25,714 bases of DNA from the NCBI GenBank assembly GCA_965215885.1, contig CBDCEW010000076.1, positions 1 to 25,714 of the forward strand, read 5' to 3'. The DNA is from Candidatus Moanibacter sp. (GTDB lineage Bacteria; Verrucomicrobiota; Verrucomicrobiia; Opitutales; UBA2987). Position numbers and translations under genes: made by a program. Positions 18,588 to 25,714 of the stretch are shown piece after piece; within the stretch, counting starts at the first letter, position 1, and the number at the start of each line of letters is the position of its first letter. The notes beneath the pieces were generated by a model. The model did no database searches, was not told the origin of the DNA, and saw only the letters and a program-made list of their open reading frames with translations.

Positions 18588-18872
18588 CAGTCTGACCCCA
18601 TGCCTCCCCGCCATGCCTCCCCGAGATCAGGTGGGTGTCCTGAATCGTGTTTTCCGCCCCAGGCTTCGTGAAACAACGGCCAGATCCTCAACGAATAGCG
18701 ATTACCTCCTATTCAACCTCAGAGGCCCGAAAAGACAATTGCCAAAGGGTCTTGAAAGGACAAAACTGCTCGCGAAAGTTTCATAGGTCGAAAATTCAGA
18801 CGATGCGTATTTGCCATATGGGAAACTCCAATTATTGGTCATTTCGTGTCGGTTCCTAGTCTAGTGTGCTGT

Positions 18873-21581
18873 ATGAATACCCAGAAAACAAAGAAGATCG
18901 CTCTCAAATTTGACTGTAAGCCTGTTATGAGCGGCAGGCATTTCTTTCTTACCCAGGGCATCCCGTTTGGCGATAGGGAGATTGCCAATGGAGCTGCGTG
19001 TCGAATTGTCGATGAAGACGGCAATGCCTATCCGACTCAAGGCACCACGCTCGCAACCTGGGCAAAGGATTTATCTTTTGTAAAGTGGTTGCTCGTGGAC
19101 GCGGAGCTTCCGGCGAGCGTGTCGCGAAAAGATGAATTGTTTCTGGAATACGGTCCAGATGTGCAGAATGTATTACCTGAATATCCATTATCGTACGATT
19201 TTTACGACGGCAGATTCGCAGGACCGAAAACTGTTTACAATGAACTATTCGAAATAGGATTCGTTGACGCCGCTGAGGCACAGAACGGTGAGTTCATACG
19301 CACCTTTCGTGTTCGATCTGAAGATGGATGGGCCGATCTTACCGCGGGCAAGGCATTTCCCATACTATCCATCCGCGATGCAAACGGCGCGGAATACAAT
19401 TCCGTAGAAAACGCGCTGCCTCCAAAGATAACGATCGAGGACAGGGGTCCGATTAGAGGAAGTATCTGCATCCGCGGTGCTCATGCCGACGCCCACGGAA
19501 AAATCGTGCTCCCGTATATTCTTCGGCTGCACTTCTATTGCAGTGGGGACCGTATAAGGTTGTTTCACACCTTTATCTTCGATCAAAATCCGGACCGATT
19601 CAAAATCGCCGAAATCAAGATGCGGTTTCCCTGGAATGTCGGCGAGATCGTCGAGACGGCTGTTGCCGGAGAGTGCGATGCCGGGGAAGGCGCGGGAACG
19701 TTTCACACGTTTCCCGGACCGGCTTCCTATTTACAGATAGACGATCAGAGGTTTCAGATCGAGTCCGAAGACGCTCCAGCCGTTAGCGGAAACCGGTCCG
19801 ACGGATGTGTATTCGTTGAGGGCAAGGCCTGCGCCGTTGCGGTGGTGCTTCGCGATTCGTGGAGGGAATATCCCAAGGGCGTCACCGTGCGAAAAACCGG
19901 TGAAATGGATATCGAGCTTTGGCCGTCCAGGAGCGGAAAAATCCTCGATCTCGAAGTGCCGTGGAAAGAGGAATTCATCCATTGCAGCCGGTGCGCGAAG
20001 ACCGAGGAAGAGCTCTTGGCACAGATGTCTGAACGACCCACGGCCCCAGTGAATTTTAAGGGATTTTTCGGCACATCAGATGCCCCCTACAGCGCAAAGG
20101 AGGGAGACCTGCAATCCATTCGCGAAGCCCGCGCGTTTGCCGAAAATCGACTGGGTGGCAGGCGGTTTGTCGTGGGCGACGTCCACGCCGTCGGCAAGGC
20201 CGTCGGATTGGCAAAGTCTCATGAGTTGTGGATCGCGTTCGGCTCAAATTCAAGCAGCGAGCCAAACCCGTTCAGCGCAGCCGATGCGGCCGACCTGGCA
20301 AGAACCGTTCAAATCCCACCGCTCGCCCTTCCGGGACCGAAGTACATAGAGGGAACCAAGGTATTGAGGCTCGTTCACGGATACGAACCGGAAAAGTTTC
20401 CCGAGCTCGAGAAGAGCCTCGAGCTGCTTTTCGACAGTATTTTCGACGGTCCTGTGGAGAACGACCGCCTCTATGGGATGATCGACTACGGTGATCTGCT
20501 CAACGCGCACGGTCGAGCACACGGCTTCACCTATCGCGTATTCAAGGATTTTCCCGGCAAACGCATTACCGATCTCATCGGCTGGTTCAACAACGAGTGT
20601 TTCGATCATCTCTACAATCAGTGGATAAATTATCTGCGAACGGGAAAGCGCAAGTGCTGGCGGCTTGCCGAGGCATACGCAGAACATTTGGAAGACGTCG
20701 ACATCATCCACTTCGATCCCATACATCCCGAGAACGTCGGGCTAATTCATTACCACAACATCCTCCATTGGAGCGGCAGTCCAAACCCCTCGCACACACA
20801 GATACAGGGGTGGCTTATTCACTACTTTCTCACGGGCAACAGACGGGCGTTTGAGGTTGCCAGGGAAGCTGCGGATCATTTTGTCGAAACACAGGAGCCG
20901 GCCGGAGTCGTTTCGAATCGATCGATCGCTATGCGGCGCGAGTTCGTGGGACCGATGTCGACATTATGGTTCTTCTACCATGCGTCGTGGGAACAAAAAT
21001 ACGTGGACTGTGTGAGCCGGTCGATGAGCAGTCATTTGAGCACGCAATTTGACAACGGATTTTTTCCGGGAGACATTTTTACCGCGGGCGCGTTGGGAGA
21101 GAAACTGACAACTTCGGACGAAACTACGGCATCGAGTGCGGGGTACCACGAGATGTGCATGTTCTATGACATGTATCTGGAATCGAAAGACCCGAAGATA
21201 AGAGATCTTGTGCTTCGTGCGGCGAATACGCTCGTTGCAAAATTCAAAGCATTCGAGCCGGACGAACTGGCAGAGCTGAGGGGCGATACATTCTACATTC
21301 GCGAACGACCGTTTCCATTATTGCTGGCGTTTGCCCACCAACTGGAACCGGATGAAAAGTACATAGAACCGCTGCGAGAATTTATTGATGAGCTGCCGAA
21401 AATGGCCGAGGCATGGGCACAGTTTGACAAACATGTACCGATTATGTCCGCAGCTCATGTTCTCCACGAGGCAGCCATCGCGATGGCTGCCGTCGACGCT
21501 CACGATAACCTGCCGGATCGTAACAATGATCTCGCTGAAAAATCCCCACGTTCTCAGGAACGCGGCTACAAAGTTTCGTAA
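18873..21581 (+). CDS. PcRGLX/YetA-like (PL26 exo-rhamnogalacturonan lyase-like) large protein
   Basis: N-terminal TQGIPF...PTQ...LATW...SFVKWLLVD, central RGPIR and ELWP, C-terminal helical barrel with YGMIDYGD, WFNNE, YLRTG and HLEDVD. ATG 18873 preferred over GTG 18846. No signal peptide seen. Substrate unknown. Confidence 0.75.
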   Translation: MNTQKTKKIALKFDCKPVMSGRHFFLTQGIPFGDREIANGAACRIVDEDGNAYPTQGTTLATWAKDLSFVKWLLVDAELPASVSRKDELFLEYGPDVQNVLPEYPLSYDFYDGRFAGPKTVYNELFEIGFVDAAEAQNGEFIRTFRVRSEDGWADLTAGKAFPILSIRDANGAEYNSVENALPPKITIEDRGPIRGSICIRGAHADAHGKIVLPYILRLHFYCSGDRIRLFHTFIFDQNPDRFKIAEIKMRFPWNVGEIVETAVAGECDAGEGAGTFHTFPGPASYLQIDDQRFQIESEDAPAVSGNRSDGCVFVEGKACAVAVVLRDSWREYPKGVTVRKTGEMDIELWPSRSGKILDLEVPWKEEFIHCSRCAKTEEELLAQMSERPTAPVNFKGFFGTSDAPYSAKEGDLQSIREARAFAENRLGGRRFVVGDVHAVGKAVGLAKSHELWIAFGSNSSSEPNPFSAADAADLARTVQIPPLALPGPKYIEGTKVLRLVHGYEPEKFPELEKSLELLFDSIFDGPVENDRLYGMIDYGDLLNAHGRAHGFTYRVFKDFPGKRITDLIGWFNNECFDHLYNQWINYLRTGKRKCWRLAEAYAEHLEDVDIIHFDPIHPENVGLIHYHNILHWSGSPNPSHTQIQGWLIHYFLTGNRRAFEVAREAADHFVETQEPAGVVSNRSIAMRREFVGPMSTLWFFYHASWEQKYVDCVSRSMSSHLSTQFDNGFFPGDIFTAGALGEKLTTSDETTASSAGYHEMCMFYDMYLESKDPKIRDLVLRAANTLVAKFKAFEPDELAELRGDTFYIRERPFPLLLAFAHQLEPDEKYIEPLREFIDELPKMAEAWAQFDKHVPIMSAAHVLHEAAIAMAAVDAHDNLPDRNNDLAEKSPRSQERGYKVS

Positions 21582-21618
21582 GTCGTTGATATTTGTAGCC
21601 ACTTTCATCTGAAAGTGG
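21546..21618. repeat. Divergent pair of GTAG-type REP palindromes overlapping the lyase stop codon
   Basis: Minus strand 21546-21569 GTAG-CCGCGTTC-CTGA-GAACGTGG; plus strand 21595-21618 GTAG-CCACTTTC-ATCT-GAAAGTGG. Confidence 0.75.
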
Positions 21619-21712
21619 ACACGGTAGTCGAAATCACGAATTCTTCAGCAGAATCAAAAATGTTGGCGGACTGGTTGTCGAATCTGCCGATGAACGATAG
21701 GAGGGAGCGACG

Positions 21713-23449
21713 ATGGTACGCGAAAAGGGCAAGTCGATCGTATATGTCGAAAACGGACAGGTAACCGACGAGCTCTTCTCTACGGCAAAGGTAGAGCTGG
21801 AAAATGACAGAGTGCGTCTGCTTCGCGGACGTCCAATGGCATTCGCGAGAAGAGAGATCGGTCGAGGTGATTTTTATATCACCGCCGAGCTTTGCTTAAT
21901 CGATAAGGCGATCGGCCCGAGAGGAGAAAAGGCGCGCTATCTCTACATTGCCGATCCGGCGTTTCTATTCAGCGGAGAATCGAGCTGGGTAGACGGGGAA
22001 ATAGATCTCAGAACGAGCGCATACATACCCGAGCCGGTGCGCAAGTACAATACGTTTTCATTTTCTACCCGTGGCTACTACAGACTAAAAGGACCGATAA
22101 TCGGTAATTTCCAGAAAGATATAATCCGAAAGAAGAACTCGTTGCTCGAAGGTGAGTATTTCACCTTCGAAGCGATTCGCGAAGGCAATACGCTTACGTT
22201 CATTGTTAACGGTGATGAGATTTATACAGTGCCGTACTCCAATTCGACGTTCGGCAAATTCGGCTTCTCAAGCCTCGGAAACCACGAAGTCAATTTGAGA
22301 TCCTTCAAGGCAACTGCGTCGGATTTTCAAGACTGGCTGACTCCTCCCGCCCCAACGAAGTATTCACCGGGATACGATGTTCCGGTAATCGATCTTACCG
22401 GCAGGGACAGGTACTCGATAGTGGCGCCGGGAGACGATGTGTTTGCCTATACGAAGGGTGATGAGAAATTCGAAACCAGTGGAGGCTTTCAGCATCCCAA
22501 TACGCTTCTGGCCGACGACGGGGAATCGATGTTCTGTGTGTTTACCGTCGGTCACGGCGGGCGATGCGGTCCGATGAAGGTGAGTCGAGACAGTGGAGTT
22601 AAGTGGGAATGGATTCAATCTCCCGTGCAGTGGCACGAGGCCTGCAACTGTCCCTGTATTCACGCGTTTACCTGCCCGGAGGGAATGAGGAGATATATCG
22701 TTTTCGCAAGTTCCTTCAGCGGCAACATGGTTCAGTCAGTATCACTCGATGAAGGAAGAACCTGGGCGCCTTTTTCGGAGAACGGATTACGCTGCATAGT
22801 GCCGATGATTTCGATACACAGAATTTCCCCCGGGCATTACATCACAATCTACGACAATCCCGAAAAGGGCATCGCAACCGCGAAAACGTGGGACGGTGGA
22901 ATCACCTGGCACGACGAAACTCAGGTGTTTGATCCGCGGTACCCGTTGTACGAACCGTGCATCGTTCCATCGCCGAACGGCGACCGATTACTCGTAATGC
23001 TCCGCGAAAACTCTTTCTGGTACAACTCCTACGCAATCTTCAGCGACGACGGTGGTGAGACGTGGAGCGAACCGTATGAGCTGCCAGGGTCCGTAACCGG
23101 TCACCGGCATCTGGCAAAGTACGATGACGACGGACGTATAGTCATGGTGTTCCGCGATATGGCCCGGGGTACGAAAACCCCGGCGGATTTCGTGGCATGG
23201 GTGGGAACATTCGATGATCTCATTAACGCGAAGGAGGGGCAATATCGAATCCGCCTGATCGACAACAGCACCCACTCACCGGATCAGCCAGGAAACACCG
23301 GCTACGCGGGACTCGAACGGCTTTCCGACGGCACGTTCGTCGCAACGACCTACGCAGTAGTGACACCGGGAGACCGTGCATCGATAGTCTCCACGCGATT
23401 TACGCTTTCAGAAGTAGATGCGTGTTTTCGGAGCGGGCGGTTCTTATAG
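21713..23449 (+). CDS. Sialidase-like BNR/Asp-box beta-propeller protein with an N-terminal beta-rich domain
   Basis: Asp boxes SRDSGVKW, SLDEGRTW, TWDGGITW and SDDGGETW, plus EP and GY motifs. AGGAGG upstream of the start. Confidence 0.85.
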   Translation: MVREKGKSIVYVENGQVTDELFSTAKVELENDRVRLLRGRPMAFARREIGRGDFYITAELCLIDKAIGPRGEKARYLYIADPAFLFSGESSWVDGEIDLRTSAYIPEPVRKYNTFSFSTRGYYRLKGPIIGNFQKDIIRKKNSLLEGEYFTFEAIREGNTLTFIVNGDEIYTVPYSNSTFGKFGFSSLGNHEVNLRSFKATASDFQDWLTPPAPTKYSPGYDVPVIDLTGRDRYSIVAPGDDVFAYTKGDEKFETSGGFQHPNTLLADDGESMFCVFTVGHGGRCGPMKVSRDSGVKWEWIQSPVQWHEACNCPCIHAFTCPEGMRRYIVFASSFSGNMVQSVSLDEGRTWAPFSENGLRCIVPMISIHRISPGHYITIYDNPEKGIATAKTWDGGITWHDETQVFDPRYPLYEPCIVPSPNGDRLLVMLRENSFWYNSYAIFSDDGGETWSEPYELPGSVTGHRHLAKYDDDGRIVMVFRDMARGTKTPADFVAWVGTFDDLINAKEGQYRIRLIDNSTHSPDQPGNTGYAGLERLSDGTFVATTYAVVTPGDRASIVSTRFTLSEVDACFRSGRFL

Positions 23450-24040
23450 TTCTACGAGAGATTCAATATCACGTCTGCATCGTTCTGCGTCAGTAAACAG
23501 AAAAGCGTGTATTCCGATTTCTCTGGCGGCCTCTACATTTCCAGCCTTGTCATCAAAAAACAGGGCTTGCCCCGGCTCAAGGCCGAGCTTCTCGAGGGTA
23601 TAACGAAATATCTCAATGTCCGGCTTTCCAAGCCCGAGTTGGTACGATACAAAGCACTCTTCAAACAGATCGGATAGTGTGTATGTGCTGGCCAGGCCCT
23701 CGAACAGCGGCCGTCCCATATTGGAAAGGCAATGCACCGGGAGCCCTAAATCTCTCAAGTGGGTAATGAGCGCTATTGTATCGTGATCCGGCCTAAACGC
23801 GTTCCCCAGCGAACCTACGATATCCATAACGAGGGATTCCTCAACGCCCGCACGTAAGGCCGCATTCCGAGCCAGTTCTTTCGGTTCTATAGTCCCAAGG
23901 TCGAATCGATGCCAGTCGGGGTGATCGGTCAGTGCCCTTCGAATTCTCATGGATAAGTCATCGTCGTGAGTGAATGATTGAATCTCACTCATGGGATTCC
24001 ATGTGAATACTACATTGCCGAGATCGAAGATAAAATGCAT
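23444..24040 (-). CDS. HAD-superfamily phosphatase (YihX-like)
   Basis: Motif I FIFDLGNV, motif II LSN, motif III KP, motif IV FFDDKAGN. Confidence 0.92.
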   Translation of the reverse strand: MHFIFDLGNVVFTWNPMSEIQSFTHDDDLSMRIRRALTDHPDWHRFDLGTIEPKELARNAALRAGVEESLVMDIVGSLGNAFRPDHDTIALITHLRDLGLPVHCLSNMGRPLFEGLASTYTLSDLFEECFVSYQLGLGKPDIEIFRYTLEKLGLEPGQALFFDDKAGNVEAAREIGIHAFLFTDAERCRRDIESLVEL

Positions 24041-24428
24041 AATGCTCGGCCTAAAAGCGTTTTCTGAAGAGCAAGTCCTTCAAAAGCTTAATGTCTCAAG
24101 GAAGTTACTCAAAGGTCAACCGCTTTCGGTACTGAAACCCGACCTACTTAAATCGCAACTTAACTTCAACGAACTCCGTCATTGACACCCGACAAAAGTG
24201 TCATGACGAATAATACCTGTTGGAATGCACAGATATCATGCCTCGTGTCCAAGCTAAAGTCGTACGTGATAGTCGAGTGCTGATGGTCGGCATCGAGGAT
24301 TTCCTTTCCGAAGTCCAGAGTTGGAGAAGCAACACAAGCTACCCCGGAGAGGACGATTCCAACAAGACGGCTGGACATGCAATACGATCTATGGAAGAAC
24401 ACACTAGTGAGCCGAAGGAGGGCCGAAC

Positions 24429-25583
24429 ATGCCTATCGAGAAAGTGACCGTGTCACGGGACGACGATGTCTACGAGCTGTTGCCCGACGTGGCCCGCATG
24501 CCCAGCGGCAAGCTAGTCTGCATCTACCGCGAAAGTGACGGACATACGGTCCGCCATTTCTCGAGCGTGGCCACGCGTACGAGCGTTGACGACGGACACA
24601 CCTGGTCCCCGCGCCGCTCCATCGTCGAAGCCCGTCCGGACAAGGATGGCGTGGTCCTCAAGTGGAACCTGCCCCACATCCAGAGGCTAATGGATGGCCG
24701 TCTCCTCGCCCTGTGCGATGTGTTCCCCTCTCCTCCGGACGAGAACACTGATTTAACCAATTCTCACATCGTCTTCTGGTGGAGCGAAGACGAGGGCGAG
24801 AGCTGGTCGAAGCCGGAACACTCATCAGTCTTCGGCATCTGTCCTGACCGTATCGTCGAGCTGCCCTCAGGAGCATGGCTGCTAGGGACGACCGTCCGCA
24901 TGAAGGAGGACCACTACGACCGTGAAGGCTGGGGCACCCAGATCGTCCACCGCTCAGAGGACCAGGGAAAGACATGGCAGGGCCCCTATATTGTGGGCCA
25001 TGACGAACGCTACGAACTGAGTGAAGGGTGCATTCTGCTCCTGCCCGACGGCGAACTGGTCTGCTATATTCGGGAGGACTCCGGGCTCGGCGGGACTCAT
25101 GCCGCGCGCGGGCTGTCTGCCTTCAAGGCCTTCTCGAACGACGAGGGGCGCACCTGGGAAGGCCTCTACGAGACGCCCATGGATGGCGCACACGACCCCG
25201 TGGCTGGGCTCCTTCCCAGCGGCAAGGTCATGGTCACCTACCGCTATCAGCAGGCCGGGACCTTGGGTGCACCCGGGCCTTGGACCAAGAGTCAACTGGA
25301 GGAATTGTCAACGACATCGAGCCAGTCGCAGGGCGACATCTCTCACTGGGCCCGCAATACCATGGCCTACCTGGAGACGGTCGAGAGCGCCAAGGCACGA
25401 GAGCTGAGACGGCAGGGAGGAATCATCATGCCCCTCGACCACGACCGCAGCCCACGTTCCGACGGGGGCTACACCGGCTGGGTTGTGCTCGATGACGAGC
25501 GTATCTTCTGCGTCAACTACATCGTCGATGACGCGCCCATGGCCCAGATACGTGGCTACTGGTTCGACGAAAACGACTTCTAA
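24429..25583 (+). CDS. Sialidase-like BNR/Asp-box beta-propeller protein
   Basis: Asp boxes SVDDGHTW, SEDEGESW, SEDQGKTW and SNDEGRTW, plus DGGY. AAGGAGG RBS. No signal peptide seen. Confidence 0.88.
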   Translation: MPIEKVTVSRDDDVYELLPDVARMPSGKLVCIYRESDGHTVRHFSSVATRTSVDDGHTWSPRRSIVEARPDKDGVVLKWNLPHIQRLMDGRLLALCDVFPSPPDENTDLTNSHIVFWWSEDEGESWSKPEHSSVFGICPDRIVELPSGAWLLGTTVRMKEDHYDREGWGTQIVHRSEDQGKTWQGPYIVGHDERYELSEGCILLLPDGELVCYIREDSGLGGTHAARGLSAFKAFSNDEGRTWEGLYETPMDGAHDPVAGLLPSGKVMVTYRYQQAGTLGAPGPWTKSQLEELSTTSSQSQGDISHWARNTMAYLETVESAKARELRRQGGIIMPLDHDRSPRSDGGYTGWVVLDDERIFCVNYIVDDAPMAQIRGYWFDENDF

Positions 25584-25714
25584 AGCCCGGACATTTCACA
25601 CACATCGTAGCGAGACGGCGTAGGTTGCTGCGGATCAAGATCTTTTCGCAGTCCGGCGGGCGACAGTGTGTTGGAACTCTATGAGGTCGCCGGACAAGAG
25701 AAGGCCTTGAGGCG

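Noticed and set aside
18387..18691. ORFs on both strands sharing the peptide NGAKIRG
   Set aside because: An artefact of translating the MITE's inverted repeats.
24238..24310. Possible NUDIX hydrolase N-terminal fragment (MPRVQAKVVRDSRVLMV)
   Set aside because: Too short, and no Nudix box follows.

Overview
A 25.7-kb bacterial accessory region: a mosaic of unrelated single genes, gene fragments and mobile DNA. Mobile elements are two near-identical direct copies of a ~1.9-kb IS5/ISNCY-like DDE element (the second splits a single-domain response regulator), an intact IS4-family element, a 139-bp MITE with the same ends as that IS4 element, an ISL3 remnant, and GTAG-type REP doublets. Intact genes encode a GT-C-like membrane glycosyltransferase, an exported protein with seven HxHxxxCGH repeats plus TPRs, a fused ABC exporter, a PhyH dioxygenase, a SLOG/'molybdenum carrier' protein, a PL26/PcRGLX-like lyase, two Asp-box (BNR) propeller proteins and a HAD phosphatase. 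Pseudogenes include a spermidine-synthase-like membrane methyltransferase with one in-frame TAA, a frameshifted nitrile hydratase beta fragment and a probable oxidoreductase tail. Two signals stand out. First, the IS4 element and the MITE both sit in a CA(C/G)TC(T/G)GACCC motif that also occurs empty at a gene boundary, and the MITE carries a REP doublet with compensatory stem changes. Second, the His3Cys tandem-repeat TPR protein looks like a multi-metal binder. All family calls are from motif recognition by eye; no searches were run.
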